Shown here: positions 16,401-31,172 of the stretch, in pieces
Layout of the letters: each line of letters starts with the position of its first letter
Numbering within the stretch: the stretch's first letter is position 1
From: Catajapyx aquilonaris
Lineage: Eukaryota
DNA length: 64,000 nucleotides
Assembly (NCBI GenBank): GCA_000934665.2
Contig: JYFJ02001310.1
Span: 1 to 64,000 of the forward strand
Reading direction: 5' to 3'
The notes under the pieces: generated by a model
Told to the model about the DNA's origin: nothing
Databases searched by the model: none
What the model saw: only the letters and a program-made list of their open reading frames with translations
Position numbers and translations under genes: made by a program

Positions 16401-19400
16401 GACGTGTTATCATATCTGGGTATCAATAAATTGAAAATATGCAGGGTGAACGAAAAGCTCCCGTGCACATTTACATGACACAACGATTCTCCTGCTAAAA
16501 TGCATGTGATGTTGTGCTTTTGGTATCACTTCAAATAGTCTATACGCTCAATGCCTGAATATGAGGTTGTCTTGCGCCATGTTCGCAATTTGAACAAACT
16601 GAATAGTCACGTAGCCCACGTGACGCACGTACAGTACTGTCACACTTGATTAATTACAACACACAGTTCGACAATACAGAAATGTTGATAACATATAATC
16701 ATCAACCAAAAATCCACACACACAATAAAGGATTAAAATCGTGTAAAGATGCCGTCTTTTGGGTCTTATTATAAGACAACTCTGCATGCTAACCCTTAAG
16801 AAGAATTATTCGAAAATCGCTGAGGCTGCAGCTTCCCCATTGGCTTTTGCTGAGAGAAGCTGGATTAGTTTGAGATGCGGCCCTGAGGGAACCTTCGCAG
16901 CTTGTGTTGTTGCGCGTGAGATAATACTTATTAATGAAGGCAAATTACATCTCGGCTGGATGATTTTACCTGGAGGCGAAACCCAGCAAGAAAATAATGA
17001 ATCTCGACCTCTTGGCTGAAACGTCTTTGGCCCATTGCCCCACTTCAAACAAAATCGGATCCGCTTAAAAATAGGTTTATCATTTTTGGATCCTTGTTCA
17101 TTTATGATAGTAATTATGATGAGGCAAAAGCAACAAATCACTGCCAGGACAGGTGTACACGAAATAAAACATATTCACTTTATGTCAGCCATATTATTAC
17201 GTAGGGCATTCATTTTTCAAGTATTTATTTTGCTGTATAATGTAGGCTATACCAATATGGATTCATTTTGTAATGCAAATTATTCATTATTTATTAGCTT
17301 TACGACCTGATTTAAACAACCTTAATGAAGGGCCAGAAGCATATTTAGGTGGTTCTTTGAGCGTATGATGTGGAATTTTTCAGATGATAGAACACAGGGC
17401 CCAGACCGGCGAGTTTTCACACACAAAAAAGTGTTGATTGATCACCACGCCTCTGATAATGGAAAACAAGTAAAAATGAATACCAGTTGGGCAGGTTTTG
17501 TCAGAAGGTCGCGGTGGTGATGCTCGTGCTAGCACTTTTCCATGGCATGATTAGAAAATGGACAAAACCAGTTTTTTTTATTTTGTTTCGAGGGAAAAAT
17601 ACAGCCCTCTTATGTAATGAGCCAACCCTCATTATACCCGGACTATACACTGTCACGCCGAATTTGTTTTAAAAGCAAGTCACGAATATTGGCAGCCAAA
17701 TTCTAGTCCACTTTTCCTATTTCAGATCTCCATATTCCCAAATGGTGCATAAACATTTTGGCTCTAGAAGCCTTTGGCACTATAATGGCATATTGTACAG
17801 TTTCCTGGAAATTCTGGTAATTATTTTCATAGTCGTCAACAGCTCCGAGCAGAAGTGTTTCAGCAGCAGATGAGCCTTCATGCTTCAAAATTTCTTTGAT
17901 GCTTATCACCGTCTGATAATATTAATAAAGCTCCTATCTTAATGAGTGCATAAATTCCCCTTTGGGCAGCTTAACTCTTCCATTAAAATTTTTCGCAAGG
18001 TGCTTTGAATCAAGCAGGATTATCCGAATTATCCGCATCTGATGATGCCCCTGGCTGTTAAAAATGACCTGAGTGATGGCAACACCTTTGTCATCCAAAC
18101 TCCAGCCTATCACAGCTCGTGAGAAATTAACTACACTTTCTCATGAGCCTGAGAACCACGATCAGGTTCGAGGACCAGGACGTCTGCTTTGTTTGCCCTA
18201 CATATACCGGTTGCCAATAAGTTTGATATATCCAAATGAGAGCCAGTTACAGTTAGTATACAGACAGTTGTATGCAAAATTGGAACACCCTGTACTCTTT
18301 TTCGATCTCATATTATGGCTCCAAAAATGTCGGGCATTGTGCGGCAGTGCGACACTAAATAATTTTGAAGCACCTAATGCAGAGTGCAGGCGCCATGAGT
18401 GGGACACCAACGCGAAGTGATTCGTTCAGTCAAGTGACATTTTCCACCGCATAAACCCTGACGTTAAAGGTAGCATTCGAAGCTCATTCTGACGCGTAAT
18501 AGCTAATAAAAACAAGTCGCTTTAATTAGGGCCCGCCATACACCAGGCGCCGAGCGTAAAGTTAATTCGCTTTGCAATGCTACCTTTTTTAATGTTAATC
18601 TTGTAAAAGGGGGGGGGGGGGGAGACTGGTTGGCCATATTCTGCCGCTGGGCCAAAAACCAGGGGAGGGAAAAGTGCGCTTGTTAAAACATAGTTTGTGT
18701 GAGATGTTGTCATTTTAATTGAGAGCCACTGCATGTTTTGTCAGTAGGGGCGTGAGGCTCTGGATTGCACACACTGGCCCTTTTTTGTATTATACCAGGC
18801 GGCAATGTCGAATGTGGCCCGTCACTGCCACTTGGGCTTAATTGTTTGCTTAATTGCAATAGAGCATAAAGAACGCACTTTGGCCCCGTGTGACAGTTAA
18901 AGGCACATAAAAACTAAAATACGAGACACTAATAACCGGGGGATACCCCAGGAGACATAGAAATGCCATCGGGGTTCTATACGTCCAGAGAACCGAGGGT
19001 GGTGTTTGGACCAGTCGAGCGTGCGTTGCTCGTGACACACAACGACGGACTGAGGCATACCAGTAACTCTCTAGGAGGGTTGCGTCTCCACAAAATGCCT
19101 TGATGCACCCTGGAGAGATCCACCACAATAAGGAGAAGGAAATGGACCGAGACGATAAACAGTGTGGTTACGAGTGCGGTAATGCGCAACAAAACAAGTT
19201 ATATGGATCCAGTTAGTCACAGGACGGGGCTGAGGTAACTATTTTGATACCGTATGTATAGGCCCCTACATGACTAGGCGAGACTGTGTCTGTCCACTGA
19301 CTCATCACCAACGTGCATGTAGTACTACTTTTCCTCTGCGAGCGGCAGCAGTGTGCAGAGAGGAATCCTGCGCGCCATCTAGTAGTCGGATCATCGTTTT

Positions 19401-22400
19401 AAATAATTAAAGCCACAGGTTGACGCCTTCACGAAATGGCAGCCTTCATATTTTTTTTGAAATGCCATTTCCATGGTATTTCGGTATAAGAAATGGCTCT
19501 TCCTTCCTCCTTCATTTCCTCCCCCACTTCTTCTCCGTCCCCCCCCCCTCCCGCGCATGGCCCCCCCCTCAACAATCGAAAAGGGCACGTGGTAGTGCAT
19601 CATGACAATCGATCGTTTCGGACAAGCTGGCTCTCAGCAGGGAGACCCATCCAGAGTTGTAGGGGGAGGAGATGGATAGTGGTCCATCCCAGCAGAATCC
19701 GTTTGGATCATCGGCAGGGGGTTGTTCACTCCAACGTTCCCGAAAAATAATAAAACCCGGGGTCTCCGGAAGTTTCAAATACCGGTTTAAATATGGTATT
19801 ATTTTCCCATGATGCATGAGTCGGCTAGATTCGACAAAAGCTCAGTTCCATCAGGGGAAGGATGGATGCAATTTCCATAAACCTCATTGGTTCTGGAAGC
19901 TCGATTTTAGGTAGCTGGAATTACGGGCAGAGCCGTAATTACGGCTGTGTACTTGATGGCTTGAAGGTAAGAGCAGTGGGCCATTTTATTGCTCGCCTGC
20001 CGACCGTTTCCCAAATGCAGAATACTTCATCAAAGGGACGTTTTCCCCGGGTCTAATCGCACGCTCGTTTTACTAACAGTATAACTGGGCCTGGGATTTT
20101 CTTAGGGGAAGGATGCTGCGGAGATTCAACCCCCTATGTCTAGGGTTATTCCATTAGACAGGGGCGTAGTCCGAATCCACAGGAGGGATGAAACAATCGG
20201 AGGGGTAGAACTTCCCCTACTCAGCCGACCTTTGACCTCATTGTAACAGCTGCGACACCCATCTCCACAGTTGAAAAGCACGTACTGCCCACACTCTTCT
20301 AACAGCATGTCACTCCTAAACGAGCAGCGAGAAAATCGTGCATTGCACACCGATTCTTCGCAATATTTTTTTGTGCATGAATTCATTTTAACAATAAAGC
20401 AATGTATAGGCTAATGGAGCGTGTAATGAGACTTTTAAAAAAAGAAGCATGACATTTTTATCTTCACAAGAGGCAGATGCTCAAAAACAGGGCCGCCCAG
20501 ATTGTGCATTCTCCTCGGCCAGAAAATGTCGACCACCAAAACCCATTCCCTCCATGGCTTGGAGGAAAAGCAGGGGCACCCACTTATCGTCCCAGCCCAT
20601 CTTAATTGCCTTAATAACTCATGGATGCAACACATATATTACGGAAAGTCGTGCCGCTGGACCCAGAAAAATTCGGCTTCCAGCCGGCGGAGGAAAACTT
20701 GATTGCAGATGCCCTTGAATTTTCACTACATTTTTTGGCAAATTCATAATTTTTACAGTAGCGACAAAGTAGAACCTTTTGACAATTATAAGCTCCAAAA
20801 ATGCCTCGTTAATTCGGTAAAAATCCAGGAGCCAAATCCCACCTCAGAGTCCCCCTCCATTCCTCAGAGTCCCTCCGCATTTTGTGCCTTATTAGCCACT
20901 GGCGACCTTTAACTATGGGCCTGTAAGTGTGCAAGAGAATCTCTAATCCCCTTTGCAAATAAGAGGCGAGAAGGGATTTAATTGTGCCTCCTCCCTAAGT
21001 GCATATTTCAGGACAAAATACTGGGGGCTTGCAATCCTCCGTCTCGTTTTTCCTGGCCGATCGTTACACAGAGAGGCTCCCAGCATGAACCCAAAGGCTT
21101 AAAGGATTGCGCCAATTCACTTAGGTTCTTTGTAGGGATTATTGGCCACATCCTACTCTCTCCCGACCCCCCCTTCCCCATCAAAGAGACCCCTTCTAAG
21201 TCTCCAAGGGATCCCGCCATATTACACTCATTGCCTCACAAAGTTTCCAGACGAATCCCAAATCATTGCCCCTAATTAGAGTTGCTTAAGTCAGGGAGTG
21301 TGGCCAGCAGTCAAAGGTGGCAGTTAACGATGACTGCGCCATTGTGCAGGAACCATGGGGGTCGAAAGTGACCCCAAAAGCAAGTGACATGAAACGCCAT
21401 CCAAAAATTACGCATTAGTATAGCCAACAAAGCGTGTAATAATCCAAAACCCATCCAAACTCTTGGCGAGAAAAAAAAAATCGCGATAGGAACGCCCATT
21501 AAACTCCCTTATAAAAGCTAAAGAAGAAGATCCGACGCTCTCGAGTGATTTAGGAGACAGAGAGGGAATGAGTCGGGTTCGTAAATACCGTAATAACACA
21601 TGCAAGCACTCATTTTTCATTTAAGAAGATATGAAAAACTGGTTCGTATCGTGTGGATTTTCGCATCCTTATCCGACCACCTTCTGGTGAGAAAATTTGC
21701 AAAAAAAAACAGCCAAAGCGTGCCATTAATTCATAATCGGCACCTGAATTTACTGAACACTAATAATTTTAAATAACAATTATTGATCAGAAGATTTCTG
21801 TTTTTTTTTAAAAAAAGTCAGGCAGCTAATTTTTTTTTCTGATTCAAGTCACCGACTGTGAGAATCCAGAATTTCTTGTCTTACCAAAAAAGGTTCGTCT
21901 TTTCCTCCCCAACGTGTTTTAGCTCCCTGAAAAAAAATATCGAACCCTATCAAGTAACGATTCGGTTTTCTGCCCTTAAGCACCATAAGCCTACTTTATG
22001 CGACAAGAGGAATTTAGACCCTTTTGCAATTAAGTCTCCTGCTTTGGAAAAGTGTTCCCAAGGAACTCGTACAATATCAGTCGACCATTCTATGACCCCC
22101 TCCGCCTGAATTATTTTAAGTTAATTCCTTTAAAGGGAGGGCTGCTGTTGCATGGAAGAAATATCTTTTGCCTCCACATTACTATACCTTACAAAAATAT
22201 ATGGGACTACTTTTCTTTCATGGGTCGGGTTGAGGGGCACTTTATTGGTCAGATTCCTCATCTTGCGTGGCGTGAGATATATGAGCGACCGGTTTGGCCT
22301 GACAGCGATGAAGAGAGAATTTCCCTTCTTTACATTTACGGACGCCAGCTTTGTGCGGTTTTTATTTATTTGTCGGGTTAGCCATTTGACACGGGGGGCA

Positions 22401-25199
22401 ATTGAAGGGCTGGAAGTCACAACAAATTCGTTTGCCGAAGAATTTAGCAAGCATTCTTTAACACAGATGCACCCATATTATTAGCGAAAATTTGCTAATT
22501 TTGTACACATTTTTTTGCGAAATTGTAGCACAATTACTTCGAAGGTAAGCTAATTTTTCAGTATTTTGCGAACTTTTGGGTAGCACCTCGCATGTCAAAA
22601 TTTTGCCACAATGAAAATTACTAGCATGGCAGCTTGATTTGTGCAATTTATTTAAACTTTATTAACTTGTTCGTTGTTGTTTTTTGCAAACGAATTACAG
22701 ACCCCCCATCCGAAAATTACTTTCCAAAAAAAGTGGATGACAGAATGTGGCTTCAACTCGTGAATTGCCAACGCTTTAGTTCCGCCCTACTTGTTGAACC
22801 GTTCGCAAATTTCCCTGTGAACGCAATAATCTGTGGTTTACGTGAATCGCATCCCCACAAAAATTCCAGTTCGAAAATCCAATGTCCACCCCCGCGCGAA
22901 TTGCTGAAAAAAAAAAAGTCGGGAACGCATGAGCACAAAATTGCTGTACTCACCTCCAAAAATGCTGAGCGAATCCGGGGCATTGGTCTCCGCATTTGGC
23001 ACACCGCTTGCTAGGGTCGTCTGCATAACTCACGCTCATTCCAGCCTGGAAAATAAATTTACCATATTCAAGTGGATGGTTCGTCTCACTCAGAATTTTT
23101 TTCGCTAAAAATTCATATAGGCTACTGTATATTACAGATGAGGATTATGAAAAAGGCTAGCCTCATGTCCGTACCTTTCCACTCGACTGACACATCAATT
23201 TTCAAATGGCTGGCTCCTTTTTAAAAAAATTGTAATGCATGCTGATTAAATACACATTCGGGGACTCATATGAGCGGGCTTGATGCTTCGGGGCATGTTT
23301 CATATGCTGTGAACTGTAAGAAGTAGGCACATATGCCAAAAAGGCAAAACTGTGGCTGAATTTCAATGTGTAATTTCTTTTATTAGTCCTGAATTCACCT
23401 CATAATATAATGTATATTTCCACTGCATTTTTGGAGATGATAATGTCAAGTAATTTTCAGCTCGTTTTTCATCCGCACGTTGGCTGGCAGAAGCTTACAA
23501 AATCCTACGAGTAAAATCGGCAGTCATGCACGACACGGGCACTAAAAATTACAATAACCGTGGGCAAATTCAATAAAAATGCTGACGACGTGCTTGATGA
23601 GACCGCAAATACAAATTGCCTGCAAGAACACCCGAGCGGCGCAAAATCCCGAATGACAATATATGCTGAACCCTAGGACATCCGATTTTACGACGGCGTA
23701 ATCCGAACTGGAGGTATATACTGCTCACATCGCACATTGCAGTCGAGAGTGTGCCAGCGGGTGTTAAAACTTATTTACCGCCCCACCAGTAGTGATGTCC
23801 CATTTTGGTGTTTCTGTGGTACCCACCACTCTTTTCGTACTGTAAAAACCTGCGGGCGGTTCGACACTCTAATGGAGATGTTCCTAAACTTTGCTGTCTC
23901 CCGGAACAAATCCGGGGGTAAATCACCTTGGAGGTATTGCACATGTGAAGAAACTCCCAGCTGCATCCTGATGATGAAGTAATTACGCCTTGTTGCAGTC
24001 AGGATGATTAATTAAGGACAATACAATGGGAGACTGTCAACAAGGACAATCTCGCACCTTTCCAACTGTTGATGGCTATCTAATGGCCACGTTGAGTCAA
24101 TCTGAGTTGGGCGGCCAGCACAACTATGACGTTTCTTTTTACAGATATACCGGTAAAATGTGGCAGGACATTTCCGCATTCCTTGGTCGACAGGTGTCAG
24201 GATTTGAATTAGACGCCATGGCACATACTATTGGAATGAATATGAATTGAAATTTATATATTGCGTCGCAACCTGAAGTATTCCAACTCTCAGCTGCACC
24301 TGTAACGTTTCACTTCCTTGGAGTCAACCCAACGCCTCCGTTTCAAAAGCCTTATGCAAGGGACGCAAAAAAAAGTAGCCGTGGTTAATGACATTTTCCC
24401 CTGAGGTTACACGAGAGAAGCACAGAATGTCACAAAAGAGGACGTGGGATGCCGCGAAAGGAACGTTGAAAAAAAAAATAACAGACTCAACCCAAGCGGA
24501 AATGTGTTTCATTATCGCGTCCAGCAAGCAGTAGATCAATCCTTAGTTTTCCATCAGCATTGTATCAAGTTCTGACCACACCTTAGCAATGGTGAAAGGT
24601 GCAAAAACCCATCCCCCATCTGGTTCTTCAATCTATTGTGAGGTGAAATAAGGCAGTGTTTCACTCCTTAGATGCCATCGACCTTTTGTTTCCAAGCCCT
24701 CAAGGCATCCAATTACAAAACTCTGATTCGCACCTATAGAGCACCTTCTATTAGCATCTTACGAGACCCCGCCAATTTATATCCCAGAAAGCACAAGGTG
24801 AGATTCCGCCACCCATAAAAATTCAGCGTGCGTATTGCACTCCGGAGAAAATATAACCCTCGGAAAGTTATCATGTAATCTTATTATTCAAATTCTTAGG
24901 ACCGAGGGAAAGTCTTCAAGTTAGCCTAAGGCTCAACCCATCTTCTCTCTTCATCCTTTGGCTCCATCTCCCCCCTCATCCTCCTCTTTTGACTTTATTC
25001 TCATCATCTCCAACAGGTTTCATCTCTCATTCATACCGTCCTTCCAACCCCAGCACCTTCTTGAATATTATACCTTGAAGAGAAGCCTTTATTATTCATA
25101 ATGAAAAGCTACTGCACTGCCTTTCCTCAAGATTGTATAATATTCAGCAAGGAACTAGTTACAACAACAGAAGGTTATTAATACTAATTAAGTAGCTTA

Positions 25200-25300
25200 A
25201 AGCTGGAGGTTTCTGGGTTCGAATCCCGGAGCAGGCCATTTTTGGCTTTTCTGTGGTTGTTTGCATACAAAGTTCTGTGTTCAGTGATACATTACATGGG
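25200..25300 (+). mobile_element. Probable truncated tRNA-derived SINE fragment
   Basis: B box GGTTCGAATCCC at 25216-25227; no A box or cloverleaf visible. Confidence 0.35.
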
Positions 25301-27681
25301 CAAAGCAACGCGGTTTTTGTTCGTGTTTGACAATGCAAGGCATGAAAAACCGCGAGTCCCTGTGAGAGTGCCCAGCATCAAAACCGCCACCATTTTCATC
25401 CTTCAATTTGCACGTCCCTCTGCGGGTAGAGAAGTCACGACCATGAAAGGTCATATCGGGCCAAAAAAAACCATTCATCACCAAACTTGAGGTCGCGGAA
25501 ACTTGGCCCAGTGTCACGTCCGCCACTAATGATACGCCCGCCTAATTAAACTAATGTTGACGGAAAAGACACGGCCATCAGGAGCATCGCTCGTGGTCGC
25601 CAAAATTTAACGAGTGAGCAGGCCTTTTTTTGCACGTTTGGCTCGAAAGGTGTTGGCCCCCAAAAAATCCTGATCCATATGTTCAAGTCGTGTTCCACAC
25701 CCAGCCGTAAACACACGTAGACGCCTTTTTTTTGTAACTATAGAGGATTATCCGCCCTTGTGTTCTCAGCATCTGCTGCACAAATATTTGCGAAATGAAA
25801 AGTTAGCAAAAAAAGCACTTTTATGCAACGAGAGCGGCTTAATTACTAACTTGCAAATTCTCCCAAGTAATTAATGTGCCCTTATTGCCAAAAGTGCAAA
25901 AAAATGCGAAAAGGAAGCTTGATTATTATTTCGCAACTTTCAGCAATTTCCGGGATTTTTGATGCCACACTATGCATAATTATTATAGGCAATAATATTA
26001 TATGGCTATAGAAGTGCTGATTTTCCTACTATTAGGTATAGGCTAAAATCAATTTAATACAAATTTCAGGCACATTTTTTTCAACTCCACCGAAGGAGAT
26101 GGCAAATATAATTAATTGATTGGCACAAAATGGGTAAAAATTAAACTACTTAATTATTCAAAAGCATAGGTTTCAGAATAATTCGCGTTGAAAAATATAT
26201 TCAGCATATTTCATATTTCATGCCAATTCCATCTTGCGGGAAGCTCTAATAAATTCTTATCACTTCGCGAACACGTTTTACCCCCCCCCCCCCAAATGAG
26301 TATCTGTTTATTAACCGGCTCAATTGAAACACTCGCGATTTTGCCAATAAATTTTCGCACTATCGGCAGTCCAGATCGCGCGCCAGGAACAAAGCTGCGA
26401 TCGTCGGTCTGCAACCGAATAACAAATGGGCATCTGCAACAATGCCCGTCGCACTTGACCTCACCCCCAAATTACCGCCCCAGGTACAATTAATAGATAT
26501 CTCTAACACTACTGGGGAAGCATAAATATTCGCATACGTGTGCTCTGGATGGAAAGCCAACTCGACCAAGGTAGGTCGAAGAACCGGACCAGAAGTAGGC
26601 CTATGAAAATTTCCCCCCAAGCATATAATATAACCCGTAATTAATTACAGCAGATTGTGTAATTCATACAACGCCCACCTGTGATTATCCTCCGTCAGTC
26701 ATATCCATTTAAAAAGTGTACAAGTGGTGTGATAATTAATATAACCGACAAAACGCTTCACAGGCACCTATGAATATGTAACGTCGCAATTATTAGCGTC
26801 AACGGGTGCGCATTAAAGTGACGTTGTTGTTTGCTTATGTTAATTGAACCGCACTGTATTTCAAGCACGGCTCTATTTGGATAAATGGACATTATGTTAG
26901 TCCGGATGGGATCAACTAAATAAATATTAGGGGTAGATGGACATTCAAAATATGTCAGGTCCATATGACGTCCGCATTGTCATTTGAATTTTTTCGTACA
27001 TTTTTTAACATCCTACCAATTTATATACCACCTTAAGGAAAAAAAATTGCTGTTTGTTACAACATACTTACGCTCGGATGTAACCTGATGTCACTCATGG
27101 ATCACTCGCACTACACTTTATAAATCGCACTTAACACGTGGATCCGAACACACAAAACCAACACAAGTCAACACATATTCACATGATGCTTGTTGAATAA
27201 GAATCCTCGCACTTTTATTCCGATTTCTTAAGGAAAAGAAGCGGCCAAACGAGCAGGTGCAGTTGGCTGCTACTACTACATGGAATCTGAGGTAGGGAAA
27301 ATGTAGAGAGTTGTTCAGGTAGGTTTTTTTTAAAAGGGTCTCGAGCACTTCCACGTCATAACCAATCATGCGCTTCAGCTCACCTGGCCACTAGAGGGAC
27401 CTGCTTGTTTTTCTTCTTCTTCTTTTTGTACCAACTGAGGACTTCTTGGTAGTCACAAAAAAACACACACACACAACAACACAAACGTGGTCCATTCATC
27501 TCGATGGCACGAGTCGCTGCGTTTCACTGCGCTTGCGTCAAGATTTGGATTCTTCTGGCCTCGAAAATTAATTTTTCGAAATTTAAGCTGTGTATGCTGC
27601 AATAATTGGACAAGATGATATATTACTGCAGGTTTTAATTTGTCTATAAAATATTGTGGGTACCTTAAAATGTCTCAATTT

Positions 27682-27709
27682 GGGGGGGGGGGGGGGGNGG
27701 GGGGGGGGG
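27682..27709. repeat. poly-G run containing an N
   Basis: Read directly; likely a low-quality assembly point. Confidence 0.9.
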
Positions 27710-28843
27710 AGAGAAATTACACTGTAACTTGAAGCCAGCCGCAATAGTTCATTTCAATTAAGGTTCAGCTCTAGGCTACTTGGCTACCATGTAATTCAAG
27801 TGCTAACGAGGATTACTTGTCCAAGTTCTGATTGTACTTGTACATCCGTAATGCCCATTTGATTCAACACGACGAATCCTGTACCTGAACAAGGTAAGCG
27901 CATTTCGGGCAATTGGTGTCTACTTACGAGCGGAACTAAAACCCAAGCGAGAAACAATGCTGCTGCTGCTCCCGGAAACCTTTGTAGTGCAATAATCTGG
28001 GCTTAAGTCTTGGGGAAACATGGAGCGCCTGGGTTTCCTCGGAAAGTTCACTTGTTACGGCCCCCCTTGTCTCCTGCCAATGTGTCTTAGCTGCTTAGAA
28101 GCAATTCCCTAACCTCAAACCCCGGACGGTGCACAACAATTCCGTTGGCTTTAAAGGATGATCGGGATATATGAGCGAAGCTTCTAAACACAAGTATACA
28201 CCTTATTGCATCGTTCAGTGACACCCCCAGCTAGTTAATGAGTATTAAACGCCACTAGTCAACTTCGGCCTTTCAATAATTGCATTGTTATACGCTACAA
28301 ACAAAGATTCGGCAGCGGTATCAATACTCAGCTAAACCATTATGTTTTCCTTCATGAAACTACATGTAGGCCAACAGTACATGACTTCATGCAAAAATAA
28401 ATTGATATCCGGATGTACTGTCCAGTGGAGCGTATGCAGCTAACTGCACAGCTGATTCCTCAACAGGTGGTTACCGATAGAGGTTGCAAAGCTTTGGGCA
28501 TAACATAACGGTATTCGTACGCATTATTATTAGGCTATTCTCTCCCTGATGTAAGTTTTTCGTAACCAAGTACGTAACACAGATTTTTGGTGTGGGCGTT
28601 GGTTATTGCGCCATTATTACCAGATGTTTCTGTCAAAGTGAAAGATCGAAATAATTGCAACTCTATAATAGTTAATAGCTCAATGAAAAGCACAAAATAA
28701 TGTCTCTGTATGATACATTTCATTGACCCATCCGCCTCGAGCAGCTAAATTATGTGCCTTCTTGAAAAGCAATACATGGACACTCAATAATTGCCATAAT
28801 AAGACACAATATAGTAAGAAACCAAGCATTAGCACTGAATGCA

Positions 28844-28932
28844 ATTATTATTATTTATTTTTATTATTATTATTATTATTATTATTTATTTATTATTATT
28901 ATTATTATTTATTATTATTTTATTTATTATTT
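28844..28932. repeat. Imperfect (TTA)n microsatellite
   Basis: Read directly. Confidence 0.95.
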
Positions 28933-29206
28933 AGGTCTTTATGGTGATAATATATTTTTGTTCAGTGCAAGTAGCCTAATAAGTGACAAAATTTAGTAGC
29001 ACATTTTTTTTTTCTTCGTTCATCCTTTAAAGGCGTCTGTATAAACCACCAGTGCGAGATAATCGAATTAAAGGCACGTGCGATGGTACTACAGTAATAA
29101 ATGGAATTATTCATCTTCGAGGAGCGACACGTATTAATCCTCAAAAAAATTAATAACCTGAGAACATGTTTCTGCCTGACGCAAGGGGTTATTTATAACG
29201 ACAACA

Positions 29207-29207
<1 letters not shown>

Positions 29208-29290
<83 letters not shown>
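29208..29290. repeat. Perfect (AAT)n microsatellite
   Basis: Read directly. Confidence 0.97.
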
Positions 29291-29293
<3 letters not shown>

Positions 29294-29607
29294 TCCCGCC
29301 GAATTTCGTGTTAAGTTCCATCACTTTCCACCAGAGTCCGCTACCGGATCGCAAATGTGACCCTGCCATCTGTCGACAACATGTTCAACTTCTACATCCA
29401 TTGTTTTCGTTTATGACGTCACTTTTTATTTTTATTTTTTATTTTTTATTTTTATTCCGGTCGGATGAGCTGAGGTCTTTCCAAATTCTTCCAACGTCAT
29501 TCTCCCCCGGCCATTTTTTTTCCCCCTGCAAGCCTTTGGAATGGTGCAGCTGAAGGAGCCAACAACTACAGCCTAAGAACACCCTTCGTGTGATGTGAGC
29601 CCCTGTG

Positions 29608-29728
29608 ATGAACAACCTCACCCAGGTGGTGGTGCCCTGGCCCTTCCCAACGCAGACCACCTTCGCCTGGAGGGTCACCAGCACCATCACCGTCGGATTC
29701 GTAGGAATACTAGGAACCATCGCAATCG
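29608..29728 (+). CDS. TAFAZZIN: Tafazzin alternative first coding exon 1A
   Basis: ATG 29608 gives MNNLTQVVVPWPFPTQTTFAWRVTSTITVGFVGILGTIAI, then G|GTAAGA. The phase-1 donor fits exon 2 at 31755. WPFP...W..S...G.VG matches the tafazzin N-terminus. Not in the ORF track. Confidence 0.85.
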
Positions 29729-30335
29729 GTAAGAGAGAGAGACACATTCGCAAAGGATGCCAAGCATAATGGAGAAAGAAACAATCAAATCATTTTTGGA
29801 ACGATTAGGGGAGCAAAGGTCACGTGACCAATTATGCGGGATTTTCGAATTTAAAAAAAATACATTACATGTAGGGCTTGCTGTTACACGTATCCAATTT
29901 CTGCAGTAATTGGCCCTATTGTTACAAATAACAACTTCCTGAACGATAGCGCAATTTTTTTAACTGCCGCAATAAAAATTCGTTGTGCTAATTATGTAAG
30001 CAGGATTGCATTTATTATTTACCATGCCGTTCAGTAGGTTAAAGTATTGGCGACAAGGGTGAGTGAAAATTTTGCCATCTCGCAATAGACGAAAATCCGG
30101 TGTTGCTTCTCATAAGGAGTCGCCATAACAATGACAAAGGTCCGCACATAAAGCCACGTTTACATGTGCGCGATTTGATGTCATCATCGAGCGAAAATAA
30201 CAATCATGGTAACTATATACTTGAGTGTAATTATCGCATGGGAGAAAATCAGGTGTCGCTTTTTACATAACCTGAATAAGCAAGTCACCATAAGGATGAC
30301 AACAAATATTAATTTGTACACTTAAAGATAATTAA

Positions 30336-30619
30336 GGTGCGTTTACATGTTAGTGATTTGACGAGCGAAATCTTCACCTAGGCTGAGTAACCCAAGTAAC
30401 CAATATTGTTTGAGGCGAAAATCTATTGTTAATTTCAGCCTCGGCGAAGATTTCGCTCCTCTTCGCTCGTGAAATCGCTCACATGTGTTAAGCCGCATTT
30501 ACGTATGGGCACAATGAACCCGATTGTTTGGGGGCAAATGTAACAATATATTTTCGACCCCCAAGCAATTGCTCAGCGATTCTCAGCAATGAGCGAATCG
30601 CTCGTATGTAAATGCGGCC
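30336..30619. mobile_element. Two adjacent PIF/Harbinger-type MITEs
   Basis: 30491-30619: TTA|AGCCGCATTTACGTATGGGC ... GCTCGTATGTAAATGCGGCC|TAA. 30336-30486: GTGCGTTTACATGT..GATTTGACGAGCGAA ... TTCGCTCGTGAAATCGCTCACATGT. A related end lies at ~30152. Confidence 0.65.
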
Positions 30620-31172
30620 TAATTGTCAAATGAGTGGGCATCACTACAGTTTACGTGCACCCAACAATGAATTTAAAAAATCAGTAGCGAAATTAGTAGT
30701 TGCAGGCGTGGCTTTCGTATCCTTTTGCAGAAATGGGATGGGCAAAGTCTGGCAGTGCGTGCGCAACAATAACCGTTTGATATGCGAGGGAGGATGCATG
30801 TTTTGACATTTTAATGGCAGAACAGATGGAGCGTGTGGTGCAGACGTAAGGGGTTCAAGGGAACTTGCTGCGGACAGCTGTGGGGAGAGATAAGGGAATG
30901 AGTTACATGGGTTGTTTGGTCCATCAGGAGATGACATAACCAAATCATATGAAGATAAGTAGTTATTATCAGGGTGGACCTTTGGGATGTGCAAACTCAT
31001 CACCTGATGGTTCTCAAAGCTTCCAAACAAAGGCAACAACCCCCTTGTAAATAGTATCCTAGCAATGCCAATATTGTACCTAGTGCAAGAGAGTTCAAGT
31101 GTCCTTATAGTGTACTTGTGATAAAGAGTTAAAGGAGTTGTTGGGGGCTTTTCCATTCAAAAGTGCCTAGTG

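Noticed and set aside
24600..25100. Possible LINE reverse-transcriptase remnant (YKTLIR at ~24715)
   Set aside because: Only one short motif is visible; too degenerate to call without BLASTX.
29101..29553. 150-aa poly-Asn ORF
   Set aside because: It is produced by the (AAT)n microsatellite.
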